A DNA stretch of 40,806 nt, from the NCBI GenBank assembly GCA_032718475.1, contig JAUCBJ010001893.1, positions 1-40,806 of the forward strand. Reading direction: 5' to 3'. Origin of the DNA: Nemertoderma westbladi. Its lineage: Eukaryota; Animalia; Xenacoelomorpha. The translations under genes were made by a program, and so were the position numbers. Below are positions 21,871 through 35,032 of this stretch, piece by piece (the first letter of the stretch is position 1; every line of letters starts with the position of its first letter). A model generated the notes under the pieces. That model was not told the origin of the DNA and did not search any database. It saw nothing but the letters and a program-made list of their open reading frames with translations.

Positions 21871-24201
21871 GCTTTCTCAACCTTGTTAATGTTTTCAGTT
21901 GTTCGGTTTTAACTTTGTAGGCTATCTTAAGATCTTACAAGTAACCTCAGAGTTTTGCCATGGCACATAATGTTTTCGTTTGGGTTTCTGGGGGATATGC
22001 CTCTTAGCTGATTCCTTATGGGCTGTTATTATATTCTGGTATATTGAATCAGTAGACTGGTGTTCATCCATTGACTGAAGTGCTTTAAAGCTGTTTTGAA
22101 CTTCTACTGCTGTAGTGTGTAAGCATCCACTACTGCATTGTCAGTTCTGAGTTTCTCCCAGTCATAGTTGATTTGCTTGTTTGTCCTGGGTTTGCTGGCT
22201 CTCAAACTGAGTCTGATCTCTGCAGTCACAATTCTGTGGTCCGAACCAATTATGTTGAACGAGCTGTATGCCTCGCAGTTGATCATGCTGTTTCTCCACT
22301 TTTTGTTTATAAGGATGTAATCCAGTTGTGCTTTGGTTCCATTATGGTATTGAAAGATCCATAGCTTCCCCTTACTCTTTTCGAATGTGTTGTTTGTTGG
22401 TATCAATTCACATTCTTCTATTAGCGCTTCTATTCTTCTTCTATTTCATATTTGCGCATTCAGGTCACCAGCAATGACTTGAACATTGTGTTTCGGAATG
22501 TCCATTATAAGTCCAGTCAGATCTTCATAAAATTTGACTGCTTGTTCTGGCTCTGAGGCATTGGTTGGACTGTAGGAACATATAACTGTTGTCTTGGGAT
22601 TTCCATCAAATGTTGCGATCATAACCCTGGAATTTATAGATTCGATGTTGTTTAAGGTCTGAAGTGTAAATGGGTTTAGCAGAATTCCTACTCGTCCAAT
22701 TGATACATTGGCCGAGCTTCTTACTGCTGAGCTTGTTACTAATGTCCATCCATTTCCAATGTCATTGTACTTCATGGCAGTGTCTTATTATTATGTAGTT
22801 GAATTTTAAATGATTATTATTAGGTATGCTGCTTATGTTTTAATATTGATTGTTAGAAGTTAGTTAGTTAGAAGTCAATATCCTAGAAATTTAAAGTTTT
22901 TCGGAAGTCAGTAAGGACTGAACCCCCAATCTTGGGAGCGGTGTTGCCACAGGCGTAGCTCTGGAGTATCCTGCCCAACTGTATTTAGCTATAAATAGAA
23001 AACGTTTTTTCTACCTATAAAAATAACGAAGGAATTAGCATCAGCAGAAGTATTCAGTGATTCGCTGAATTATCCAACCAATGAGTGACGACCTTGTTAC
23101 ACAATGGAGAGACATATCATTAAAGTAAAGTTCTTGTTAAATAAGTTAGTCTTAATATTCCATCATTTTGGCTCATTTAAATTTCGTACTGATCTAAGGG
23201 ATCATTAGGTTATATAATTTTGATAGATCTTTGGGAGAATACCTGTAATTCATTGCGACGCAGGTTGTAGCATCGTATTAATTCATTGTAATGAACTTTA
23301 CAGTATTAACTGCTGTATATATACCGGATTTGTTGTTAATAATATTTAATCACATTTATACTTTATATCATCTACTTACTTATCTCCTGTTGTGTTTATT
23401 GTTATACTTTATATCATCTACTTACTTATCTCCTGTTGTGTTTATTGATATGAAAATTATCCTGTCATCCAACGTGTAAATAACAAGAATCCTCACAAAA
23501 CCAGGATTGTTTCCTAATTCAAGAACAAAATGATGCATGTGCTAGGAGGTGGGATTAAGTGAGATAATACTGTAGGATGAAGGGAATTCTGGTAAGAAAA
23601 CTTGAAGCAGGATAGCGAATGTAGGGGCGAAGGGTGCGAAAATTGAAAAAATAGGAGACGAACAGAAAACCACAAGTAATATATAAAACTGTAGGTGCTG
23701 TTGACTGTAATGTAGGTGCTTGGGGTTGTAGGTAATGTGGGTTGTAGGTACTGTGGGTGTAAAATTATTTAAACAGGCACTGCAGGCAGAGGACATGTTT
23801 CTTCTCGCTAAGTGTGGCTATCTAGTGCTCTAGGTACATGCCGTATAGCCCAGCTCGCATTAATCAGTACACGAAGAGGTTCTTGCGCAGCTAGTGAGAT
23901 GAATTATGTTGTATCCGTTCGAAAGCATTATAAAGAAAATTTGTATAAGCAAACCACCTTAATAAAAATTTCCCTCTAGAAACTGCAGATGGTGACGCTC
24001 TCAAACATTAATTCTAAGGTATAGAAAATATCTACCACTCAGTTGAACTGATTTGGTATGACATTCTGTCAAATGTATCAAATTTTGGTTCTATTGACCC
24101 CGACAACTTTTCAACAATCTTAAATTTGATAAATTAATTTTTTTCTTAACATGTAAAAAATATTAACGACGTCAATGACACCTACATTATTTGCGATTAA
24201 T

Positions 24202-25510
24202 GAACCACCTCCATAATAGAGTCAATTATAGACCCACCTCCATTATAGAGTCAATTATTGACCCACCTCCATAATAGAGTCAATTATAGACCCACCTCCA
24301 TTATAGAGTCAATTATTGACCCACCTCCATAATAGAGTCAATTATTGACCCACCTCCTTAATAGAGTCAATTATTGACCCTCCTCCATAATAGTCAATTA
24401 TTGACCCACCTCCATAATAGAGTCAATTATTGACCCACTTCCATAATAGAGTCAATTATTGACCCACCTCCTTAATAGAGTCAATTATTGACCCTCCTCC
24501 ATAATAGTCAATTATTGACCCACTTCCTTAATAGAGTCAATTATTCACCCTCCTCCATAATAGTCAATTATTGACCCACCTCCATAATAGAGTCAATTAT
24601 TGACCCACATCCATAATAGAGTCAATTATTGACCCACCTCCATTATAGAGTCAATTATTGACCCAGCTCCATAATAGAGTCAATTATTGACCCACCTCCA
24701 TAATAGAGTCAACTATTGATCCACCTCTATAATAGAGTCAATTATTAACCCACCTCCATAATAGAGTCAATTATTGACCAACCTACATAATACAGTCAAT
24801 TATTGACCCACCTCCATAATAGAGTCAATTATTGACCCACCTCCATAATACAGTCAATTATTGACCCACCTCCATAATAGAGTCAATTATTGACCCACCT
24901 CCATAATAGAGTCAATTATTGACCCACCTCCATAATACAGTCAATTATTGACCCACCTCCATAATACAGTCAATTATTGACCCACCTCCATAATAGAGTC
25001 AATTATTGACCCACTTCCATAATAGAGTCAATTATTGACCCACCTCCTTAATAGAGTCAATTATTGACCCTCCTCCATAATAGTCAATTATTGACCCACT
25101 TCCTTAATAGAGTCAATTATTCACCCTCCTCCATAATAGTCAATTATTGACCCACCTCCATAATAGAGTCAATTATTGACCCACATCCATAATAGAGTCA
25201 ATTATTGACCCACCTCCATTATAGAGTCAATTATTGACCCAGCTCCATAATAGAGTCAATTATTGACCCACCTCCATAATAGAGTCAACTATTGATCCAC
25301 CTCTATAATAGAGTCAATTATTGACCCACCTCCATAATAGAGTCAATTATTGACCCACCTCCATAATAGAGTCAATTATTGACCCACATCCATAATAGAG
25401 TCAATTATTGACCCACCTCCATTATAGAGTCAATTATTGACCCAGCTTCATAGTAGAGTCAATTATTGACCGACCTCCATAATAGAGTCAATTATTGACC
25501 CACCTCCATA
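24202..25510. repeat. 29-bp satellite, ~45 copies, with palindromic core
   Basis: Unit GACCCACCTCCATAATAGAGTCAATTATT at 24231, 24260 and 24289, with 27-bp deletion variants. The variant pattern recurs about 576 bp apart. Confidence 0.97.
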
Positions 25511-26119
25511 GAGTCTATTTGCAAAGGTTTCGGTTTACCTAATACTTGGATCGGCCTATTGGTATGCAGCTCACTTCACCCCATGTACCGGTACGTAGAC
25601 CTACAAACAAAATAATTTAAATAACCTTTATTGTGTATGGCGTGCGAGCAATAAAATCACACTACTGGCTAGTAAACCTACTATTATATTGGAAACCACA
25701 TATGGGAGTATAGCCATCTTTGCTGTTAGTATATGGGTGCTATATTTCAAATCAACGCCAAGGGAATAGTGTTGTGGATACCCTATAAGCTAATTTCATA
25801 AACAATTAATGAATTTTTATCAAAAGCAATAAATCAGCAATTAAATAGTTGGTGCAATATGGTAAATTACTGAAGCCCACATCTGCCAGGAAAAAATATA
25901 TAAAAATAATATTAGAAAAATAGTAATTGAATGGCGACGTACTTGGGGTGGGAGAGGGGGGGGGGGGGGGGGGGGGTGTGGCGCCCCCTACTTCCGTATA
26001 CGTGTACAGTATACTATGCATGTAGAGACTAATGGAATAAGTGACGAAAGTTATGAGTCGTTGAATACTCTGATAGGAATATTGATAAAAATAATATGAC
26101 AGGAATATAAATATTGGCT

Positions 26120-27116
26120 CAATAGCAGTCAGAAATTTACTAAAACTTGTATGAGCTGGGTGTAAGTTACAAGTACCAAGATCTGTATCTTCGGAACGAC
26201 CCTTTGTTGACAAATACGCATTTACCTTTATTTCGGAAAGAAATATTTACAGTGGGCCTATCCATAGATATGTCCAACCATTTCGAAAGTTCGATTGTTG
26301 GAAACTTATTGAAAACATTCTTAAAAAATTCATTTACCAGCGTATCAGCAGGGGCATGGAATCATATTAGAAATAAGGATTGTAGATAAGTATTTAAAAC
26401 TTTGCCTTTCTTAGGAAAGAATAATTGTAGATAGACATCGTATTGCTTGACAACTTGTGAAGTTGTTGTTTCATCGAAGTGAATACCAAAATAATATCCA
26501 GCTGACAAGGTTTTTTTTTTATTTAAAAGTGAAAGTTTTTTATGGCAGAAAAATGTACCTACCGGTAGTCCATACCCAATCAAATAGGTACTTTAGTGCT
26601 GCTCATTTGTATTGAGCTTATTATACTCGATGATGGATCTACGACATTCAAAACATAGCAAAAGTTTTTAAATTATGAAAAGGAGTATCCAGACTCTAGG
26701 CACTTAAGACCCAGCACACACTCAGCCCTCGTACACATGTCCAAAGGTGGTAAGTGAAATGGAAGAATATTACAGTAATAATCACAATACAGTAATATAT
26801 TATTCAAACGTTCTTCAGTTGATGTCAAGCTCGATGGCGCATTTGGTGAAGGAAATGCAGGAGTTGAATATAACACCAGACACTGGGTACCAGCAAGTGA
26901 AGCAATGTTCTATAGATGAGCCGGTATTTTGTGGTGCTGATGTAGAGCACATATTCCCGAAGATTTCACAGAAATAGATTTTCTACAAGGAGTGCAATAA
27001 GCAAGAAAGGGTTGTTTCGTAACAGATTTATATATTTCACTAATTTTATAAGGTTGGTGACTGTTCAATTGTCTTTCCTTCCAATGTTCCAAAAACTTAC
27101 TATCTCCCTTAGGCAC
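26120..27116 (-). pseudogene. Decayed hAT-like DDE transposase
   Basis: BED-like finger AYCTPCRKSISV..GICALHQH..H, then LKCLESGYSF, IHFDETTT..KQYD, ISMDRPTVN (MDGPNVN-type) and DLGTCNLH..HTSF (CxxH). Fragmented over several frames; TIRs not found. Confidence 0.75.
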
Positions 27117-27845
27117 GAATTATGTGAGACAAGAACCTATCCTATGCCTAGCCTAGACCTACTCAAATGTAACTTATGTAACAAATGTAAAATGTTAGAA
27201 AGGCCTAGGCCTATACTCATTTTATACCCGGCAAAGACACATCATTCTAATATCCGGCGAATATAGCGGGATTTTAGCACCACCACGTTAGTCGCTGAAA
27301 TGATGCTAAATGTAGAAGGAAATAGCGGTCGGTGTTCTTATTCAAACCCTAAAAGCAATAAATTAAAGTAATAGCTCACTATTTTCACTACTGGTATAGT
27401 GTTTATATCCATTGGCCTTCTATGACAGGGTAAAACCCTACCACGACTTCGACTCATTATAAATTACACGCTGAGCGGCGCAGACAACCAAATTAAACAT
27501 GCTACATTTGCGGTCTGACAGGCGGACATTTAACAATAACCTGCTACAGTACCGGTACGTGAGTAAAGGCCAACAGTCTGACAGTGTTACAGTCCTAGCA
27601 TTTACAATTTTTTACAGGCAGACCCAGGACCCAGCTACAGTACAGTAGATGTTAAAGGACTGATGTCAAATACTGTAGGTACTGTACCGGTAAGCACTAC
27701 AGTTTTGTAGTATGTGTATTAGGCCTTCTGTATTACCTAAAATGAAACATTGTAAAGTTCACACTGCAGACAGTACCAGCAGACCGTCTAGTTTTGCTAT
27801 CAGAGCTTTATTGTCAGTCAGTGGCAGTAATTAAATACTGTGCTA

Positions 27846-30800
27846 TACTCGGTACATGGACCCCCCCTCAAACGTTTTTTCTACAAATCCTAATGAGATT
27901 GCATGAAATTTGAAAGAGATAAATTTCATCTCCCTCCTCCTTACTGGGTGAGCCAGAATTTTTATTTTCGCTTTCGTTCTTTAGCTACAATCATTTAAAA
28001 AAAGTGTCTCCGTCGATATTGCACCATGTACACCATAGTTAAGGTCTATAAGGTCTTCAACCTTATAGTGATTTGTAGGTACTAGTAGTGGAAAGCTGGC
28101 CATGCAAGGATTCCAAATATGTGAAAACATATAGCTGAGATATGGGCATTCGAATTTTGCATGTATTTGCTTCTTCTGCTGCAGGCCATTTATTCCATTT
28201 AATTAATACACAATGTTCTAGAACATTTTGTTTATTAGTCCGTCAGCAAAGTGATGAACCGTGCAATTTTATACCCAGAAAATGTCATACTAGTCGATAT
28301 TAGGGAGGGTGTCGCTCTCTCAGCCTTGAGCAATTTGAATAAAACGTGTTTCCATGTCAACAGCGACTGAGACCCTAGCAATGCGATGATTGCCAATCCA
28401 ATGAACCCAGTCCCGAAGCACTTTTGCCAGCACCCTTGTAATCTTCGGGTAACGCCATATTTAACACCAATTTAAGCATTAGACAACTACAGCGATTCTA
28501 CTCCCAGTATATCAAGGTTATTCAACTTGGTTTCGAGTAGCGGTTATCATCGTTGCTAAGTCCAATAGGATATCCATAGGCCCCCTACCAACCAGCGATA
28601 TAAGCATTATATGACTATGATATCAAGATATATATATTTCACTGTACCATCACTGAGTTACTATTGCCCCGATCAGTCAATAAAATATGTAGATTTCGCA
28701 CCGTAGTACATAGTAAGTCATATTATTTTATAATTTAATAATATGGTGGTATTGTATGCATGTTGTTTTGGTGTAATCAAATTTTGAAAATATAATATTA
28801 AAATCACATATAGAACTTAATAAAAGCAATCACAATTAGACACGAAATAATAATAATAGTAATACCACAAATTATTTATAAGATTATACTAAATTATTAT
28901 AAGATTTAGATTATACTAAATTATTATAAGATTTAGATTATATAAGATTATAAGATTATTAAATGTAATATTATCTAATCAAATACCTTAAAACAGAAAA
29001 GAGAATAAAAGCAACTGCCACTAAAACATACCACTCAAATTCAAATTATATTCAACAACTCTATACTACCAGTTCCTAATTATATGCAATATAATTAATT
29101 AAATTAATTGAGATTGAGATAATATATTAATTAAATCACTTTAGGATCTAAACTAATTATAACAACTCTAAACATGCCTATTCCATTTCTGCATCATCAT
29201 CATCCCTAAGTGACATTAAGGTTTTCATTTTGACCCTTTGTTTCCCCCATGGCATAAACAAAAGGCTGTGCATTTCATGTTTGCAGCTTTACAACAACAT
29301 CTGGATGTTGTACAAGGTCGTTCAGAGGAACATCCACAGTGAATCAGAGCTAGTAGATGAGATGGAGCTGGTTCTACATTAGCAGGCAGTAAATAATGCC
29401 CTTGAAGCTGTACACTTCTTCCAACCATGCAATGGGTCGAATATTGGAGGATCACGTTTATGCGCTGGCATCCATACTGCAGCTTGGTAATGTGCTCTAT
29501 GTACGTTTAACTCAAAAGCTTCCTTAGTGGGTGGCAGTGTCTTCAAAACAGGAGCTTTTGTTGCTGTCAATTTAGCCGCCTTATCGAGCCACACGTTAAT
29601 TCTTACATCTGTAATGGTCTTAAATTCTGTTTTCCCCTTACCATAGCATGTAGCCATATATTCAGTAGCTTCTTCCAAGATATTCTCAAAACTGGAATCG
29701 ACTTTTCCAATTTTTCGGTATCATCACCAATGATATTCATTGTTTCTTTGCCTGCTAGTGATAATTTTATTGCTTGATTCACTATCATCACATCTGCTTG
29801 CTCATGGGTCGTGGTAAAATCTATTAACTCTCTGTTCACACAATTATGTATCTCAATTGGTATTGGATCTTTACCAGTAATCACAAATTTGTGATTCAAA
29901 GCTGTCTGACGACTAAGAGCAATGAGTTCTTGACATATTAGCTCTGTCAGCTGAATCTTGGTTTCTGATACTGTTAAACATACTTTTTGGGAAGGTAGAG
30001 GTGTGGTTAAAGTTAACTTGTGCTTTCTGCTCCCAAACTGACATGCTCTTGCTACTCTAGCACAGGTTTTTATGCTATATTCATGATACCTATCAAATCT
30101 CAAAAAGACATCTGAAACTTTGATCTTCTCTAAAACATAGATACAAAAGCTATCAATGTAATCTTTAACTATGCCTTTGACAGGCTAATGTATAACCCAG
30201 AGAATGGCACTTCCATCAACTATAATGGCTTCTGGTGTTCTAACAGATCGATTGGAAATTTCATGTTTCAATTGTTGCTTCATAGCAGATTTATTCATTG
30301 AAATTCGCATTTCTCCCTTTTCATTAAACATTGAAGTAGGTATCCAGTTCATGTTGGAGAACTTCTTTTATATTAATGTCTTTAGTGGCTTTCAATCCAA
30401 TTACACGGGAATATATCAAACTACTGTCAAATATTGCTGTTGATCCAACTCGAATAGGCCTTCTAATTGCAGCCATTATTACTACCTTTTTAGGTATTGT
30501 ATTATAAAAACCTTCTGGCCAACAGGATTTAAATTCTACCATTTGTTCTTTCCCAATTGATATGGCATCAGGAACATTCACTTTCGCTGAAGCAATCAGA
30601 CCATTTGCAATGTTAAGAAGTGCATTATCATGATCACCTGCATCGAATGGATCGATACAGATTTTAAGTTTATTCCGAATGTAGACACTATCTCCAGCAT
30701 CTGATATAATCCTAGATGGATTCTCCTCCTTGTGGCTAGTCACCTTGTCCATTCGATTTCTGTCTAACATTTCAGATAGATCTTGCAGAACAGCACTAAA

Positions 30801-31875
30801 TATTTGCCTACTGTAAGACCATTTCTTGAGTGTCTCTTTTTTAAGTTTTATCCCAATAATTTTTTTATGGCCTACCTGACAAAGTAGAAAGCGTGCAGCG
30901 CTTCTTTACCAGGCGTATTTTTGCAAGATGCAATTTGGACCGAGAAACTCCATATAAGGAGAGGTTAACATATTTAAACTTAGAGTCACTAAAAGTAAGG
31001 CGTTTACATAGAGATCTATTGTACATGTACACTTATAAGATTTTGCATAACCTTGTTGAGTTAGATCCAAATACATATTTTAAACGGTCGACTTATGGGG
31101 CCACTAGAGGTCTTAATTATAAAATTAAGAGTACTAAGTACAAAACTAACAATGTTGGAAACACCTTTTTTTAATCGAGTAGTCAATGTATGGAATGGTT
31201 TACCAAACGATACAGTAAATAATTTAAGTGGGAAGTCATTCAAAAATTGTATTCGCACATGTGATTATTCAGTGTACTGTAAATTTGATAGAAATCTCTA
31301 AAATATATATTTTTATTAGTTTGTATTAAATCTTGATTTTATTTCTATTTATCTTATTTTATATTTTAAAGCTATAACATAAGCCGCTTATGTAACACCT
31401 TGTATATATTTGGTGATAATTTTTATTGATCTTTAATTTTAATTTGTGCAGTGCGCTGTTTTTAGCCTATTTCGGGATGTTCCCAAATAAAATGAAACTA
31501 TCTATCTATCTATTACTTAAGTAGAATAAATGGCCTGCAGCAGAAGCAAATAATGTAAAATTCGAATGACTATATCTCAGCTATTTCCCAACCAAATTCA
31601 AATATTTTCACATTATTTGGAATCCTTGCATGGCCAGCTTTCCACTAGTGCTCACAAATCACTATAAGGTTGAAGAGGCGTAACTGGTGCAATATCGACG
31701 GAGACACTTTTTTTAAATATTCGCTGTCGCTAAAGAACGAAAGCGAATATAAAAATTCTTGCTTACCCCGTAAGGAGGAGGGAGGTGAAACTAACTCTGT
31801 TTCAAATTTCATGCAATCTCATTACGATTTGTGAAAAAAATTTGGGAGGGGGGGGGGGGGGGGGGTACCTGAATA
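27846..31875 (-). mobile_element. AcademX-like DNA transposon with ~340-bp TIRs and partial XPG-like/Cys-rich ORF
   Basis: 27846-28198 is inverted at 31522-31875 (e.g. TAATGAGATTGCATGAAATTTGAAA; CTGCTGCAGGCCATTTATTC). Minus ORFs at 29200-30860 show IVDGSA, FDRY..SIK, HEQAD, LPPT..AF..RAHYQAAVW and a C-terminal CGC..C..RCCC..CT..C.C. Confidence 0.8.
30870..31513 (+). mobile_element. CR1-clade LINE 3' fragment nested in the Academ element
   Basis: VESVQRFFTR..YKERL..LNLESL..RRL..DL..YKI..TRG and FFNRVVNVWNGLP. AATAAA then (CTAT)n tail at ~31498-31513. Confidence 0.88.
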
Positions 31876-33620
31876 ATAATTAAGAAAGGGTAAATAAAAA
31901 TGCTTATTTATCATTATTAAAAAAAAGGGGAAGGATAAATTCGATAAAAAATAAAGGGGGAAAAGGGAAAGAGCCAAAAAAATGAAAAAAAAGGGGAAAA
32001 AGGAACCGCTGGAAGGGCTGTTAAAGACCGCTAATTTCAATTTCAGTTATTGATGATGTAGGCATGATGTTTAAAATAAAATAATTGACAGACATAAACT
32101 GTTATTATTATTATCTGCGCAATTTTGTTTAAAAATTTTATCTGTACATACCGGTATGTGCTAATTGGGGTTGGTTGCATTCAGTGGAGAAACATGTTTT
32201 ATGGATTTGGGGCTGATGGTAACATACATTGGGGGTGGGTGGTTTCAACTCTGGGGGGAGGTACAGTCCCAATCCCAATAAACATTAACTTGGTCATTTT
32301 GGCGGCCAAAACGACCAAAATGGCCAAATATAAATTGCGGCATTCATGAAAGGAACTTCTGAGACAAGTTGGCTTGTCAATCACAGCCAGTGAATAGAGT
32401 AAAGCCCAGGATGTTGGCAGATAGAAAAAGACTTCGATTTCCGGACATTCCCTCCCCAACCCCCCCCCCCCCCCCCCCCGGACAGTTCCGTTCCGTTCGA
32501 GTAGGACACTACTCTTTTAATAATTTCGCACGTTTATTTTTCATTTTGTAAGGTAAACATAGAACATTTTTATTTCAATATTTTCTTGACACTTTATTAA
32601 CCTCGCTCGCACACGGTAAATATAATGCCTCGAGAATTAATAGTGAAAACATTTTAACTTTTTTTCCCATGTAATAAATAATTATTGTGTTTTATCTGTG
32701 TATCTGCGTTGAATATTATTAATATATTGATAATTAATTTCGCTGGAGTTAATTAGAAGTTCGCTGGATTTAATATTATTTACCGTGGCTCAGGAGAGGT
32801 GTGATGGCTGTGTAAGGTCATGTGTGAATCATACTTGGGCCTATATGGTGAGTGTGCATGGAGGGGGGGATTAGTAGATAATTAGGAATGTGAATCCTGT
32901 TTTCATTTTTTGAAACTGGACGCTAGTGGCCTTGCATGTTTTCACGTGACATACATAGAATACAGGCAAAAATACATAGAAATAAGCCCAACGCTAACAA
33001 TTAACACATGTACACATAATATGAACTATACAAGAAGGTACTGTTTCTCCTGTTCAAAGCAAAATCTAGTCATGAATACTTTTTCACTGTAACTCGTAAC
33101 TCAACCAATTGGTCATTTTTCGAAGAAATCCTACATGGGCATTTTGGAGCTAACCCGCCACTACTGCTTGGCTCACTGGAAGTGTATTTAGGTAAAGCTC
33201 TATTGTAGGCTGTGGCTCTGTTTAAGCTTAGCTGAGCCAAGACGACAGACATTAGGATGGGAACACGAACACACCATATTATCCTTCCCCTATTCATTTC
33301 AATGGTAGCCAGCTTGTCTTTCCCGCACTGGGGGTAGACCATTGCCATTGGTTAGCTGTATGCTATTGTAATACAAAGAGAGCGGCAGGATAAAGAGAAA
33401 TGCCGACCTCACTAATAATGGGCTGGTCCCACAGGCCACTTTAAGGTAGGTGGTACAGTAGGTACTACAGTTAACATGTTCAAGGGCGGCAGTCCCTCGT
33501 CGCTAGCCCATAGTATGTCATGGAGTTCCTGTAGTAGTTTCAGACGCTTTCACTCAGTATCCTAGTGTCCAGGAAGTTGGGAGTTGAGTGTGGGTGGGTG
33601 GATTGGTGGCCCCCACGCAA

Positions 33621-34029
33621 CACTGCAGTGTCGGGTGACTAGAAAACAAAGACCAACGACTCAAATAATAAAGACCTGTACAAATACAAAACACATGTGT
33701 TAACTTTCGTTTATTGTTTTAGTTCCCCAACACGCCTCTGTAACCTGCTTCTTTACTAACCTGCTCCTTTAAATGGCAATGTGACCTCACGCTCTCTGGC
33801 AATGGGACCTAAAGCTCTTTGGATTCTAACGCTCTTTGGGACGTAACGCGACTTTACCTCTTTGCTTTGTACAGGTCACAATGAGCGTTATGTACCATTG
33901 CTATTTAAAGGAGCAGGTTAGTAAAGGAGCAAGTTACAGCATTCAAAACAATTAACGAAAGTTAACACATGTAACAAGATTATGCAGGTCTTTATAATTG
34001 GGTCTTTGTTTTGTAGTCACCCCGCAGTG
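33621..34029. mobile_element. Foldback MITE with CACTG..CAGTG termini (CMC/EnSpm-like), nested
   Basis: Arms of ~150 bp: GGGTGACTAGAAAACAAAGACC..ACATGTGTTAACTTTCGTT..TAACCTGCTCCTTTAAATGGCAATG vs the reverse complement at 33895-34029. No clear TSD. Confidence 0.7.
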
Positions 34030-34067
34030 TCCGCGAATTATACATTGTAAAAAAAATTATTTAAAAA

Positions 34068-34190
34068 AGGGACGTTCATAAATTAATTTCGGGACGTCCA
34101 TAAGTTAATTTCGGGACGTCCATAAGTTAATTTCGGGAAGTCCATATAGTTAATTTCGGGACGTCCATAATTTAATTTCGGGACGTTCAG
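34068..34190. repeat. ~22-bp tandem repeat (TAATTTCGGGACGTCCATAAGT), ~5 copies
   Basis: Direct reading of the repeated units. Confidence 0.9.
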
Positions 34191-34608
34191 ATTATTATAC
34201 ATACTCCTCCTATAACGAAGCCCCATTCAACTCCTTTTATAAGACTGTGTACTCTATCAATGCCTCAGTGGGCGGACTCCAGTACTGCAAGGCTCAGCGC
34301 GGGGTAAGTTAACAATCTGTCAATAATAAAAATGAAAGCGAGCCGACATTTAGTCAGATCCACCAAATGGATGGCCAAGGAGACAGACTGTCTGGATTGA
34401 GCTGATTCGAGTTAAATCGCTTCGCCAAAACGACCAAGTAGCCCATAGGAATACACTACATTTTGTGATGATTTTGGTCATTTTGGCCGCCAAAACGACC
34501 AAGTTAATGTTTATTGGGATTGGGACTGTACGGTAGGATTTCTAATTTATAGGTCATTGTCTTAATTTTGTGGTGCAGTTTTGTTAGGTTGGGGGTGGGG
34601 TTCGTGGC

Positions 34609-34650
34609 ACACTGCTGATGAGGAGAACCACGAATCCCAGGGTTCAGTGT
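34609..34650 (+). ncRNA. Degenerate type I hammerhead-like motif
   Basis: Stem I ACACTG/CAGTGT; CTGATGA at 34615-34621; weak stem II GG-AGAA-CC; GAAT instead of GAAA; stem III CC-CAG-GG; GTT triplet. Confidence 0.5.
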
Positions 34651-34841
34651 TTAAATCTCCGAAACCCTTTTATTTTTATAAAATTTATTACTTGGGAACA
34701 AGACCCCATTTCCTATTTTATTGTTTTCATATTAATATCAAAATCCCTCTAAAGTTGTGGTTGTCTAACATCATATAATTAGATATCGCAATAATTTTTA
34801 TTGTCCGTTTAAATCACTCATAATGTCCTTTTTTTTTTAAT

Positions 34842-35032
34842 TTTTATGTCCTCCAGAAATTAACCGTTAGGTTCCATGCTACCGGTTTCTCTACTGCTGT
34901 TCTCTCATGCTATCAGTACCGGTATTAGTTTTTTTGACTTTTTATGTCCTCCAGAAATTTACCATTAGGTTCCATGCTACCGGTTTCTCTACTGAAGCTG
35001 TTCTCTCAGGCTATCAGTACCGGTATTAGTTT
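34842..35032. repeat. ~95-bp tandem duplication
   Basis: TTTTATGTCCTCCAGAAAT..CAGTACCGGTATTAGTTT occurs at 34842-34931 and 34940-35032. Confidence 0.85.

Larger units (their letters stand above)
20122..22790 (-). mobile_element. Long decayed RTE-group LINE ORF2 (AP endonuclease + RT) with two nested insertions
   Basis: APE motifs VICSYSPT, IAGDLNA, QLDYILI and SDHRIV. RT N-terminal GLDEIPAE and KKGDL..NYCGI, then DFADDIALL and FQYLGSW. Many stops; the 5' region may extend to ~23000. Confidence 0.92.
32264..34528. mobile_element. Non-autonomous Tc1/mariner (pogo-like) element with ~60-bp TIRs and TA TSD
   Basis: TA|CAGTCCCAATCCCAATAAACATTAACTTGGTC.. at 32262 and its reverse complement ending GGGACTG|TA at 34530. 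No recognisable transposase. Confidence 0.85.

Noticed and set aside
22920-22985. HDV-like ribozyme at the RTE LINE 5' region
   Set aside because: GC-rich and at a plausible position, but I could not build the P1/P2/P3 nested pseudoknot.
23542-23796. Possible LINE ORF1 start (MSSACSAC, CxxC)
   Set aside because: A single CxxC without the rest of a PHD or zinc finger; evidence too weak.
24202-25510. CRISPR array (29-bp palindromic repeat)
   Set aside because: Units are head-to-tail with no unique spacers, no cas genes are present and the context is eukaryotic.
33070-33348. Transposase remnant inside the Tc1/mariner TIR element
   Set aside because: No convincing HTH or DDE motifs.
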